Shown here in pieces: positions 7,712 to 16,408 of a stretch of DNA of 28,495 nt. The notes under the pieces were generated by a model that saw nothing but the letters and a program-made list of their open reading frames with translations, had not been told where the DNA came from and searched no databases. The first letter of the stretch is position 1. Every line of letters starts with the position of its first letter. Source of the stretch: a virus (taxonomy: Duplodnaviria; Caudoviricetes); the IMG/VR virus record IMGVR_UViG_3300011438_000034, positions 1 through 28,495 of that record. One strand, given 5' to 3'. The translations under genes and the position numbers were made by a program.

Positions 7712-8061
7712 GCGACCAAATCCTTCCTATAGGTCGGCAACCCAGGCTCCCAGCCTACGGCTGCCCGGCACCATCCTTTGCGCCCCGTCAGCGTGGCGAT
7801 GGTGCAGCCCTGGCCCCTGGCCCATTCGTCGATCTCGGGCTGGAGCGCGAGGCAATCACCCAAGGCGCCGAAAGCGAGCCAGTAGTGGCAGGTTTTCCGC
7901 AGCGGCGTGGCGTGTATCTCAGTCACGATGCAGCCGTCCCCGCGCTGCCAGAACTGCGCCTCGCCCTCGCGCACGAGGCGCACCACATCGGCAACGGTGT
8001 GCGTCGGGCCACCGTAGGCCAGGGCGCGCTCCATCCTGGCGAGATGTTCGCTCTCGGTCAT
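7708..8061 (-). CDS. GNAT-like virion assembly protein (P22 gp14/T7 gp13-like position)
   Basis: WARGQGCTIATLTGRKGW motif, located immediately before the ejection genes, with ATGA overlaps. Confidence 0.7.
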   Translation of the reverse strand: MTESEHLARMERALAYGGPTHTVADVVRLVREGEAQFWQRGDGCIVTEIHATPLRKTCHYWLAFGALGDCLALQPEIDEWARGQGCTIATLTGRKGWCRAAVGWEPGLPTYRKDLVA

Positions 8062-8285
8062 CGCGGCACCGCTTCGGTATGCAGCGCGCCGGCATCGTCA
8101 ACCGTCAGCCGCCATGTCGTGCCGTTGGCCGAGATCAGGCCGAGGAAGTGGAACGCCGGCCCCTGCACGCCCTTATCGGCCTTGCGGTTGATGGCGTCGG
8201 CGATGACGATCAGCCGCTCCTCGATGGTGCCGCCCATGGGCGCCATGAACGGCGGCGGCGGGTGCGAGAGCGGGCGGGTGGCCAT
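8058..8285 (-). CDS. Small tail-associated protein (75 aa)
   Basis: MATRPLSHPPPPF...LISANGTTWRLTVDDAGALHTEAV. The L-x-S-x-NG-x-x-W-x-L-x-V-x-D-x-G-x-L ending recurs in phage tail proteins. TGATG coupling at 8283-8287. Confidence 0.7.
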   Translation of the reverse strand: MATRPLSHPPPPFMAPMGGTIEERLIVIADAINRKADKGVQGPAFHFLGLISANGTTWRLTVDDAGALHTEAVPR

Positions 8286-8482
8286 CAGGCGCCTCCCCAC
8301 ACGCGCACGTAGCCGGCCAGGTATATCCGCAGGGCGAAGGGGCGGCGGTAGACCGACACGGTGAGGCCCCGCCCGCCCTCGTTGAACACGAAGGCGACGG
8401 AACTGGTGCGGCTGAAGGCGAACAGGGGCGTGGCGAATACGGGGCCGAGGGCCGGTGGATTGGCGAACCGTGGATCGTTCAT
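8285..8482 (-). CDS. Hypothetical protein (65 aa)
   Basis: Exactly fills the gap, with ATGA and TGATG overlaps on the two sides. No recognisable motif. Confidence 0.55.
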   Translation of the reverse strand: MNDPRFANPPALGPVFATPLFAFSRTSSVAFVFNEGGRGLTVSVYRRPFALRIYLAGYVRVWGGA

Positions 8483-10044
8483 CGCCGCCCCCCTGCCCGC
8501 ATTTCCAGCCGCGGGCGGCCCATCGCGAAAGGCTCATCGCGCAGGGCTTCCAGCCGCATCCGCACCGAGCGCCCCGAGCAGCGGACATCCATCAGGCCGT
8601 TATGATAGTCGGTATACAGCCCGGTGTCGTATTCGTTGTTCACGTCGTGCGGCTCTTCGCGGCTGAAGAACCGGAATCCGAAAACCGGCGAGCCTGGCGC
8701 CGCCGAGGCGCCGGGGCTGGTGGCATCGAGGATAACCTGTTTCACGTGGAAGCGTTTGTTGCCCTCGGAGAGCATCATGGCCCCCGTCTCGGCGTAGACG
8801 ATGCCGTTGGGCGCCCGCGGCACGCCGTTGTCGCTCCAGCCGTATTCATGCAGGAAAAGCGAGCCGCCGGCCCCGAGTGGCCCGCCTAGGACCGGATAGT
8901 CCATGGTCCCGGTCGGATCGCCCGCCGTGCGCGCCCGCACGCCGATCGTCCAGGGGTGGGTAGGGTCGGAATAGTTAATGGCGATGTAGCGATTGCATTC
9001 CTGCGCGCCCTCGTCTGGCCAATCCCACCACAACTCGGTGAAGCTGGGGTTCGGGCTCCCGAACACCCGCCCGACCATCTGGCGGTTCACCAGCGAGAAA
9101 AACCAGTCCTGCACGTCGCACTTGAGCGGCTGCACGTTGCCGCTGTAGGTCCAGAAGGTCTGCAGCCCCGGCCATGCGATGAAGCTGCCGACGCCGATCA
9201 CGGCGCGCGGCGAGAGCGGCCCGCAGCCGGTCGCGATCTGAACGATGCCGTATGCGTAGGGGGCGCCGACATACTGCATCTTGTGCAAGTCGTTGGCGGT
9301 GAAGATCAGGATACCGTCGCTCACCTTGATCGCCGTCATGGCGTAGCTCTGTGTCTGTAGCTGCTTCCCGCCCGCGAGATTGGTGACGGTCGGCGCCCAT
9401 ACGTCGGGGTTTTCCTGATCCGACCACGCCACGTTGCGGGGATCGCCGCCCGAGCCGTAGAGGACCACGTGGCGCTGGTCGGTGACGATGACGCCGCGAT
9501 TCTGCGTCGGGGCCGCCGCTACCAGCACCGGCAGCACGGTCGGCGTGTTCGGCGTCCAGCGGTAGAGCTTCCCGTCCTGGGTGGGCACCACAAGCAAGTC
9601 CTGGCCGAACGTGTCCATAGACCAGCGGTCGCCCATGGTGGCGGCGATATCCTGCGCGCCGATATCCGCCGCATCCCGCGCTGTGCCATAGGTGTTCTCG
9701 CCGTAATCGGCGAGCCCATACCCGACCAGTGCGCCGGGCGGGTCCAGCGCGCCGACGCCTGCGGGGGTGATGTCATAGAGCGTCTGTAGGTCGAAACGGT
9801 AGGCATAGAGCTTGTTGTCCGTGCCGAAGGCGGCCCAGCGGACCTTGTTGTTGGCGTGCCACGTGAGCAGATCACGCGGCTTGGTTGGCGTGGTCGTGAA
9901 CGGCTGCGCGACGTTGCCGCCGATGGGCTGCATCTGCCCGCCGCGGAACCGGATGAGGTTGACGTCGAACCATCTTCCAGAAGTAGCTTCTGGTGTAGCG
10001 TTACGAACCACCCCTGGCGGCGGCGCTTGCGGGGCGCGGGGCAT
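8479..10044 (-). CDS. Tail tube/nozzle protein (P22 gp10/T7 gp12-like packaged-DNA stabilisation protein, 521 aa)
   Basis: Beta-rich, with W-x-D-x-NLIRF-x-x-G N-terminus, VAWSDQEN and GCG motifs, and C-terminal GRSVRMRL...G-x-R. Size and position fit. Confidence 0.8.
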   Translation of the reverse strand: MPRAPQAPPPGVVRNATPEATSGRWFDVNLIRFRGGQMQPIGGNVAQPFTTTPTKPRDLLTWHANNKVRWAAFGTDNKLYAYRFDLQTLYDITPAGVGALDPPGALVGYGLADYGENTYGTARDAADIGAQDIAATMGDRWSMDTFGQDLLVVPTQDGKLYRWTPNTPTVLPVLVAAAPTQNRGVIVTDQRHVVLYGSGGDPRNVAWSDQENPDVWAPTVTNLAGGKQLQTQSYAMTAIKVSDGILIFTANDLHKMQYVGAPYAYGIVQIATGCGPLSPRAVIGVGSFIAWPGLQTFWTYSGNVQPLKCDVQDWFFSLVNRQMVGRVFGSPNPSFTELWWDWPDEGAQECNRYIAINYSDPTHPWTIGVRARTAGDPTGTMDYPVLGGPLGAGGSLFLHEYGWSDNGVPRAPNGIVYAETGAMMLSEGNKRFHVKQVILDATSPGASAAPGSPVFGFRFFSREEPHDVNNEYDTGLYTDYHNGLMDVRCSGRSVRMRLEALRDEPFAMGRPRLEMRAGGRR

Positions 10045-10045
10045 G

Positions 10046-11134
10046 TCAGTTCATCCCACGTGCGGGCGTGGTCATCACCCGCAGGGGCCGTGGCGGGGCG
10101 AGGATCGCCCGTAGCTCGGCAAGCTCCTGCCGAATGGCGGCCAGGTCGTCCGTGGCCTCCATCGTGTCCAGCAGGCCCGGCGGGGTCGAGAGCGCATCCA
10201 GGGCCGTCGCCGCCTGCGCCCCGGCGTAGATGATCTTGGTGACGACGAGCACCGGCTGGAGGACGGGGAAGGCAACGCCGCTGCCGCCGAGGGCGACATT
10301 GTGGCTATGGGTGCCGTCGCCCCAGATGCCGTGGACGTGGTCGCCGACGCCGTAGACATTGTGCGCGTGGTTGCCGTCGCCGAAAATCTGGTGGAGGTGG
10401 CCTTGATTGGCGCCGTAGGTCTGGACGTTGTGCTGATGCGCGCCGGCCGTGCTGGTGCCGATGCCGATATTGTTCAGGGTGGTGGCGTTGTTGCCGGCGA
10501 CCCAGTTGCCCCCGGCATTCATATAGCCAGCGGTGAGACTATGCGTGTGGTCGCCCCGCACGTCGGTATAGCCGGTGTGGGTGTGGTCGCGGTCTGGACC
10601 GGCGGTCCAGTCGCCGTGGCTGTGGTGGCCCTGCGCGTCCGTCGTGTGGTTATGCCCGCCCCCCCCGGCCGTGGCCCCGCCATGGCTGTGGAAGCCCGCC
10701 CCTTCCGACGTCATGCTGTAGTTGGGCAGGTTGACCTTGGCGATGACATTGGACACCGCGCCGGTCTTCTGGGTGAATGAGTAGCTGTAGCCGGTGCCGT
10801 TGGCGTCGGTGCCGGTGCCGGGGCCGATCAGCGCCCGGCCGTTGGTGCCCGGCAGGTTGAACGTGGTTGAGCCATCCCCTGCGCCCCAGTAGGTGCCGAT
10901 GGCCGCGAACAGGGCCGAGTAGGTGGTGCGGGATACGGTCCGCCCGTCCGCGATCAGCCACCCGGACGGCGCGTTGGGGCCGGCAAAGTCGAGGATGGCG
11001 CCGATCGGCATGGCGCGGGACACGAACTGGTCCAGCACGTCCCAGTTGGAGTTAGTTTTGGAACCCCACGTATCCCGAGAGCTACCGATTTCCGGTTTTG
11101 TTAACCCCAGAACGGCGGTGAAGGTGTCCGGCAT
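10046..11134 (-). CDS. Tail fibre with phage tail-collar domain and His-x-His needle
   Basis: MPIGAILDFAGPNAPSGWLIADGRTVSRTTYSALFAAIGTYWGAGDGSTTFNLP is a classic tail-collar signature. Ten HxH motifs follow, closing with LQP-x-L-x-x-x-x-II. Confidence 0.9.
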   Translation of the reverse strand: MPDTFTAVLGLTKPEIGSSRDTWGSKTNSNWDVLDQFVSRAMPIGAILDFAGPNAPSGWLIADGRTVSRTTYSALFAAIGTYWGAGDGSTTFNLPGTNGRALIGPGTGTDANGTGYSYSFTQKTGAVSNVIAKVNLPNYSMTSEGAGFHSHGGATAGGGGHNHTTDAQGHHSHGDWTAGPDRDHTHTGYTDVRGDHTHSLTAGYMNAGGNWVAGNNATTLNNIGIGTSTAGAHQHNVQTYGANQGHLHQIFGDGNHAHNVYGVGDHVHGIWGDGTHSHNVALGGSGVAFPVLQPVLVVTKIIYAGAQAATALDALSTPPGLLDTMEATDDLAAIRQELAELRAILAPPRPLRVMTTPARGMN

Positions 11135-11143
11135 GGCCGCCCC

Positions 11144-11458
11144 CTATTTCACGCCGGCCGGCGGCTTGTTGGCATCGCCCACGACGCCGGTCGGGGCATC
11201 CGAGGAATCATCGGTGGTGGCGACGTAGAAGGTGGCGCCCGTGGGCAGCGTGATCCGCCATCCGCCGATGCCGCTGGTGCGGTTGAACCCCATTTGCAAG
11301 ACCCAGTCGCGATAGCTGCCGTATGAGCGGCCGGTATGGGGGCGCAATGTCTGCGGGGCTATCGGGGCCTGGTAGCCTGCCACGACGGCGCCCGCGCAGG
11401 CCCGCCATTGCGGATTCCCGGTCGGGGTGGCGGTGATCTGGCCGGCGGTGCTGGGCAT
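11144..11458 (-). CDS. Hypothetical phage protein (104 aa)
   Basis: GGAGG RBS upstream, codon usage consistent with neighbours, fills the operon gap. Confidence 0.75.
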   Translation of the reverse strand: MPSTAGQITATPTGNPQWRACAGAVVAGYQAPIAPQTLRPHTGRSYGSYRDWVLQMGFNRTSGIGGWRITLPTGATFYVATTDDSSDAPTGVVGDANKPPAGVK

Positions 11459-11467
11459 GGTGGCCTC

Positions 11468-11812
11468 CTACTTGGGCGCCTGCTTGGCGACGTCTTCCTG
11501 TAGCCGTTGCAAGATTACACCTTGCGATTGCTGCGTAGCCTGTAAATCCGCCATCCGCTGCTGCATTCCCAGCAGCCCCTCAAGGATGCGGTCGGCGCGG
11601 CTGGTCAGGCCCTCGACCTTGGCCGCCGTGGTTTGCACCGGGCCGCTGCCGTGCGTCTCTAGGGCGGTGATGCGGAGTTCGTTGGCGGCGACCTTCTGCT
11701 TCATGGTGCCGATTTCCGCGCCGATGACGAAGACGTAGACGCCGACCGCGCCAGCCCCGCCCAGCACGCCGAGGGTGAGCCAGGATGGGCGCTTGTGGGC
11801 GTCCTGCTCCAT
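11468..11812 (-). CDS. Membrane-anchored coiled-coil protein (114 aa)
   Basis: One N-terminal hydrophobic segment (WLTLGVLGGAGAVGVYVFVIG) followed by heptad-like sequence. Confidence 0.7.
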   Translation of the reverse strand: MEQDAHKRPSWLTLGVLGGAGAVGVYVFVIGAEIGTMKQKVAANELRITALETHGSGPVQTTAAKVEGLTSRADRILEGLLGMQQRMADLQATQQSQGVILQRLQEDVAKQAPK

Positions 11813-11813
11813 C

Positions 11814-11897
11814 TCATGCGGGCCTCCCCATCGTCGCCAGGGCGGCGAAGGCCGCGCCGATGAGCATATACCAGAGGGCGCGGTCGCTGATCCTCAT
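11814..11897 (-). CDS. 27-aa hydrophobic peptide
   Basis: MRISDRALWYMLIGAAFAALATMGRPA. ATGA overlap with the upstream stop; ends 1 nt before the next ATG. Confidence 0.5.
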   Translation of the reverse strand: MRISDRALWYMLIGAAFAALATMGRPA

Positions 11898-12091
11898 GCC
11901 GGCCCCCATCTCGGCAGTGCCAGGAACCGCCCGCCCAGCACAACATCCAGCAGGATGAGCAGGAGGATGAGGGCGAGGATAACCTGCACGATCATGGCGG
12001 CGGGCTGCGGCAGGGGGATCAGTTGCAGAATCCACCACGCAACACCGAAGACGAGGCAGAGGACTAACAAATAGATGAGAACACTGATCAT
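11894..12091 (-). CDS. Two-TM small membrane protein (Thivi_2564-like, possible holin)
   Basis: MISVLIYLLVLCLVFGVAWWILQLIPLPQPAAMIVQVILALILLLILL: two helices joined by IPLPQP. Confidence 0.8.
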   Translation of the reverse strand: MISVLIYLLVLCLVFGVAWWILQLIPLPQPAAMIVQVILALILLLILLDVVLGGRFLALPRWGPA

Positions 12092-12093
12092 TT

Positions 12094-13161
12094 CTATAGG
12101 TCCGCACTTGCTGTAAATCCGCCGCTAAAGTAGGCGGTGCCCGCTGCTGTTACGACGTATGGAAAAGCCGCCAGCTGGTGGCCAATCGTTGTCACCGTGC
12201 CCCCGCTGGCGTTGGTGTAGACTGGCGACGTTATCGCCACTGTGCCCGGCGCGGCCCGCAATGGCACTGGATACGGAAGGGAGCCGCCGATAGTTGACCC
12301 CGCCGCGCCGTAGCCCACGAACCAGAACGCGCCTGAGTAAAAGAACCGTTGGCACTTCGCAAGATCTTGCTGCGGGTCCAATTTCTCCAGCGGCGTGGCG
12401 GTGGAGCCGGCCTCAAGCTGGACGCCCCAGATGGCGATGGTGCCGTTCTGCTGGCCGATGTTGCCTGCCTCCACGTTGCTGGTGGCGCCGACCGAATACC
12501 AAAACCGCAAATGCGCGTAATCGTCGCCAGCCGTCCCCACCGTCTTGCCCGCGAGGCTGGGAACGGCAATCGACACCGTGTAACGCGCCCAGGCCGTCGT
12601 CAGGCTTGCGGCAGCGCCGGTCGTCAGGACCGTGACCAAGGGAGGCGATCCGCCCGTGCCGGTCGTCTGATACATATTGATGCCAAGTTTCAGAGCGGCG
12701 CTTGCCTTAGCCCAAAAACTGACGGTGACGGTCTTGCCTGCCAGACGCCGAACATCCTCCATCCGCTGCTCTGCATACAGCCCGGCCCCAGTAGCGGTGC
12801 TGCCGGTGAAGTTGTTGCTCAGAGAAATCTTTGCAGATTCGTCGCCGATAGCGGTTCGATCCGCGTCAATTAGCGTGGCGCACGAGATGGTTGATGTATC
12901 GGCGGCGCCGAACGACCGCACCGCCCATCTATCGACCGTATATTGATACGCATTTGTCACGGTCCACGGCCCCGCGCCCCTCTGGGCGACATTGAAGAGG
13001 CCGTTGTGGATCAGGTTCCTGCCGACGTTGTTGATGGCCGAATAGAGATTGCCGGATGTGGCGCTGATCCACTTGGTGCCGTCCCATGACCAGACGGCGC
13101 CATTGGGGCCGGTGAATATCTGGCCGGTGGTGGGGCTGCTGGGGAAATCGAGGGCTGCCAT
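12094..13161 (-). CDS. Tail fibre/receptor-binding protein with carbohydrate-binding-like domain (355 aa)
   Basis: N-terminal LDFPSSPTTGQIF...WSWDGTKW, then RNLIHNG-x-F-x-VAQRG, QRMED-x-R-x-LAGKTVTVSFWAKA, GVQLEAGSTATPLE and LAKCQRFF. This is a recurrent phage tail module. Confidence 0.8.
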   Translation of the reverse strand: MAALDFPSSPTTGQIFTGPNGAVWSWDGTKWISATSGNLYSAINNVGRNLIHNGLFNVAQRGAGPWTVTNAYQYTVDRWAVRSFGAADTSTISCATLIDADRTAIGDESAKISLSNNFTGSTATGAGLYAEQRMEDVRRLAGKTVTVSFWAKASAALKLGINMYQTTGTGGSPPLVTVLTTGAAASLTTAWARYTVSIAVPSLAGKTVGTAGDDYAHLRFWYSVGATSNVEAGNIGQQNGTIAIWGVQLEAGSTATPLEKLDPQQDLAKCQRFFYSGAFWFVGYGAAGSTIGGSLPYPVPLRAAPGTVAITSPVYTNASGGTVTTIGHQLAAFPYVVTAAGTAYFSGGFTASADL

Positions 13162-13164
13162 TTG

Positions 13165-13935
13165 TTACCCCCATCTCACAACGCGGGCGCGGTAGGCGGC
13201 GGCGGCGGTGGGCATGGACGGCAGCGGCGAGCGAGGAACCCGCAGCGGCCGCGACGGCTCGCGATAGAGCAGCAGCAGGTCGGAGGGTGTCAGCGCCCGA
13301 TTGTAGACGCGCACGTCGGCGATCTGGCCGGCGAAGAGCCGCCCGCCCGAGCCGAGGTCTTGGGCGATGGTAAGCTGGCCGGCGAAGGCATCGAGCGTCG
13401 GGTTGCCTCCCGTGTTGGACCCGTCGAACTCGGCGTTGACGTATCCAATCAGGTTGCTGTCGCGGAATGTCCACGCGATGAAATACCAGCGGTCGGCAAC
13501 CAGGGTATGCGTGCCCGAGCCGTCATAGAATGGACCGTGCGAGATGTAGATCGCCAGCTTGCCGTCCGACTTGACGAATAGCTGCTGATAGAATGCATTG
13601 CCGGCGGCGATGCGATTGACCAAGGCATTGTAGCTGTTCGTAAATGCAGTTGCCTTGATCCATGCGGTGATCGACTGTTCCCCCGGGTTGAGGATGGCGT
13701 TGACGGTATACGTCAGATATTGCGTCGATCCGTCGAACTTGAACGAGTGCCCGAGGGGTGCCGGCGCGTGTGTCGGCGTGCCGGTTGCGATGCCCATTGT
13801 CCCGTTGCCTGTGGCGTCAAACGAGGTCGTGCCGCCAGCCTCGTTGAGCGGCCACCAGCCGATCAGCCCTTGGGCGAGCGGATCGCCGGCATTCAGCGCC
13901 GCGCGTTGCCCGTAGAGGTTGGAGTATACCGCCAT
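13165..13935 (-). CDS. LamG/concanavalin A-like jellyroll protein (256 aa)
   Basis: GLIGWWPLNE, FDGSTQY, SITAWIK, W-x-FIA-x-T, F-x-G-x-IADVRVYNRALT motifs. TAATG coupling supports ATG 13935. Confidence 0.88.
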   Translation of the reverse strand: MAVYSNLYGQRAALNAGDPLAQGLIGWWPLNEAGGTTSFDATGNGTMGIATGTPTHAPAPLGHSFKFDGSTQYLTYTVNAILNPGEQSITAWIKATAFTNSYNALVNRIAAGNAFYQQLFVKSDGKLAIYISHGPFYDGSGTHTLVADRWYFIAWTFRDSNLIGYVNAEFDGSNTGGNPTLDAFAGQLTIAQDLGSGGRLFAGQIADVRVYNRALTPSDLLLLYREPSRPLRVPRSPLPSMPTAAAAYRARVVRWG

Positions 13936-14444
13936 TACGTGACCGTGTTGTAGTAGCCGCGATATTTCAGCGTCGCGGTGCCCAGCGTCATGCCGGTGGC
14001 GTTGATGATACCGAGGCCCAGCTTGGGGAATATGAGCCCGCCGTCCGCGGCGCTCGCCGTCCATTGTGTGATGATCGCGGCATTCTGGCCGGTGTAGGGG
14101 ATGATGGTGAGCAGCGGCAGGTTGACGGCGTTGGCGGTGATATCGGGGAAGGTGAGCGTGCCGACGCTGCCGCTAGGCGCGCCACCCGAGGCGGCGCCCG
14201 TGGTGGTGTAGTTGCTCGTGCCAGTGTCCAACACCCGGTAGAGATAGACATACAATGCCTTCTGCGAACTCGGCGCGGTGTTGACGGCGGTCAGGGTCAT
14301 CTCGAACGCATAGCCCGTATACAGGTTGGCGCTGTTGTCGATCACCGCCGACTGCCAGCCCGCCGTGACCGACGACGCCAGCCCCGTCAGGGACGTGACC
14401 GTCATCGTCTGGACTGCCTGGAAGGCTTCGAGGATATTGGCCAT
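13935..14444 (-). CDS. Beta-rich virion protein (169 aa)
   Basis: MANILEAFQAVQ... is Thr/Ser-rich. TGATG and TAATG overlaps. Lies in the tail-fibre cluster. Confidence 0.7.
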   Translation of the reverse strand: MANILEAFQAVQTMTVTSLTGLASSVTAGWQSAVIDNSANLYTGYAFEMTLTAVNTAPSSQKALYVYLYRVLDTGTSNYTTTGAASGGAPSGSVGTLTFPDITANAVNLPLLTIIPYTGQNAAIITQWTASAADGGLIFPKLGLGIINATGMTLGTATLKYRGYYNTVT

Positions 14445-16018
14445 CAGGGCACCCGGACTGTGAGGAAGACGGTTGCGCCGGGGGCAGCCGTGCCGGCGAC
14501 AATCACCCACAAATGCTGCCCGGCCGTGAGCACGTTGTTGAGCGTTGCGGTGCCCACGGTGTCGCTGGTCGTGGTGGAGGCGGTCAGCGCCACCATGCCG
14601 GTGACGTTGATGAGGCTGCCCGGCGCCCCGATTGCCGCCGTATAGGTGAGCGTGCCGCTGGCCACGTGGGCGTAGCTGTTGACCACGGTGCCGCCCTGGA
14701 TGACCGGCCCGAGATCGTATGTGCCCGTTGGCAGCGTGTCGGTCAGGCTGCCGGTGAGGCCGACCGTGGTGAGGACCGACGCCCCGGCCAGGTTGGTGGC
14801 GGAGACGAACTGGCTCGTGTTGCCGTCGTTATATTTGATGTAAAGCTGGCCGCCTGTGGAATCAAACCAGAGGGTGTCATCAGGGACGGTGGGTGCGGTG
14901 GCTGAAACAACAGCGCCCGCGCTCAACGTCTGGGATGAGCGTTTCAAGCCCGCGCCGATGAGCAGCGCGCCCGTCGCGCTATCGACCGATAGGACGCCGC
15001 TGTTGCTGAGGGTGCCCGACGCCAGCCCCAGCCCGCCGCCGGCCGGAACCAGCACGCCGCCGAGCACCGACGTGGTAGCCGCCGCCAGCGCGATCGTGCC
15101 GTTGACCGCCGAAGTCAGGCCGGTGCCAACCGCCAGTCCGATGGTGCCCGTGTTGCTGGTGATCGTGCCGCCCGACAGCACACCACCAGCGGTGATGGTG
15201 GTGATACCAGCACTACCAGCACCGAATGGTCCTACGGTTGCACCGCTGATGCGGGCATACAATCCTGCGGTGGTAGTCCACACGTCACCGTTGACGGGCG
15301 TGGTAGGCGCTGTGCCATGTGGCATGTTCAGGCTAGCAAGCGCCGTGGTCGTAGCAGGCAACACGATCTGATAGGTCGCGGTGATCTGGCTTGTGTTGCT
15401 GTCTATCTTAAAGCGGTTGGTGCCTACTACCGAGAACGACAATATGCCGGCCCCAGAGCGATACATCCCGGTGTTACTCTCACCTGAGAAGGTATGCGTA
15501 GGCGCAGTCTGGCTCCCGACTGGCGCAGCGAACGGAACTATCCCTGTAATATAGGAGCCAGTTACCTGAAAGACCCCGCTTGTGCCGACAACGATGCGAA
15601 CATCACCAAGAGTGCCGTTGCTATGGATACCGGTGCTTGATGATCCGAACTGGATAGCGGGCTGAGACTGTGTGCCGACTGGAAGCTGCAATGGGCCAGT
15701 CATCGCCACGCTGCCGTCGATAGGCACGTAGCTGCCACCGCTCGATGGCGCGGAAATGGTTAGCGATCCGGCGGCGTCGTTGTATGCGAGCGTGATGTTG
15801 CTGCCCTGCACCAGCAACGCCGCCACGCGGTCGTCCGTCGCCTCCGCAAAGTCCGTGATCTGGCTCGCCGTATGGGTGTGGACCGTGGCCGCCTTGCCCG
15901 CCACGGCAGTGTCCAGCGTGTCGGCATTCTCGTTGAGATGGCCGCCCCACAGATCGTTATCCGCGCCCGTCGTGGGCTTCTTCAGGCCAAGATTCGGGGT
16001 GGTGGTAAACCCGCTCAC
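14444..16018 (-). CDS. Tail fibre protein (524 aa)
   Basis: N-terminal TTTPNLGLKKP...WG-x-x-LN-x-N-x-D-x-LD anchor, HTHTASQITDF, repeated G-S/T-x-x-x-P-x-x-x-F...TG modules, and LWFDSTGGQLYIKYNDG near the C-terminus. Confidence 0.82.
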   Translation of the reverse strand: MSGFTTTPNLGLKKPTTGADNDLWGGHLNENADTLDTAVAGKAATVHTHTASQITDFAEATDDRVAALLVQGSNITLAYNDAAGSLTISAPSSGGSYVPIDGSVAMTGPLQLPVGTQSQPAIQFGSSSTGIHSNGTLGDVRIVVGTSGVFQVTGSYITGIVPFAAPVGSQTAPTHTFSGESNTGMYRSGAGILSFSVVGTNRFKIDSNTSQITATYQIVLPATTTALASLNMPHGTAPTTPVNGDVWTTTAGLYARISGATVGPFGAGSAGITTITAGGVLSGGTITSNTGTIGLAVGTGLTSAVNGTIALAAATTSVLGGVLVPAGGGLGLASGTLSNSGVLSVDSATGALLIGAGLKRSSQTLSAGAVVSATAPTVPDDTLWFDSTGGQLYIKYNDGNTSQFVSATNLAGASVLTTVGLTGSLTDTLPTGTYDLGPVIQGGTVVNSYAHVASGTLTYTAAIGAPGSLINVTGMVALTASTTTSDTVGTATLNNVLTAGQHLWVIVAGTAAPGATVFLTVRVP

Positions 16019-16407
16019 GGCAGCGTCTCCAGCCGCGTCTCACCCCAGGTGCCGGCACCGCAGCCTGTGGTGGGCTGCCAGGCGCCATCCTCGCAGCCGT
16101 CAGTCGGCGCCCAGCCGCCAATCTCGCAGGGCGCCCTGCCGGGCCAGGTGAACTCCAGCGGGGCGAGGAGGGAGAACACGATGCCGCTTACCGCCGAGGC
16201 CGTGAACGTGAGATCCGGGCGCAGCGCCCATGCGTCGAAGGTGATCCCGCTGGCCGCCCGGAACTGCACCGTGAGGCGCAGTGTCGCGAGGGCGTCGAAG
16301 GCGATGCCTGATAGGCCGCTGACCAGATAGACGGTGCCGCCCTCGGCGTAGACCGAGTAAGGGCCGGTGCCGTAAGGGCCGACGCCGAATGGACGGGGTG
16401 TTGCCAC
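16015..16407 (-). CDS. Hypothetical tail-associated protein (130 aa)
   Basis: FGVGPYGTGPYS N-terminus and Trp-spaced C-terminus. Coupled to neighbours. Confidence 0.7.
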   Translation of the reverse strand: MATPRPFGVGPYGTGPYSVYAEGGTVYLVSGLSGIAFDALATLRLTVQFRAASGITFDAWALRPDLTFTASAVSGIVFSLLAPLEFTWPGRAPCEIGGWAPTDGCEDGAWQPTTGCGAGTWGETRLETLP

Positions 16408-16408
16408 A

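Noticed and set aside
12094-13161. Diversity-generating retroelement target in the tail genes
   Set aside because: No reverse transcriptase and no template/variable repeat pair differing at adenines was seen in the window.
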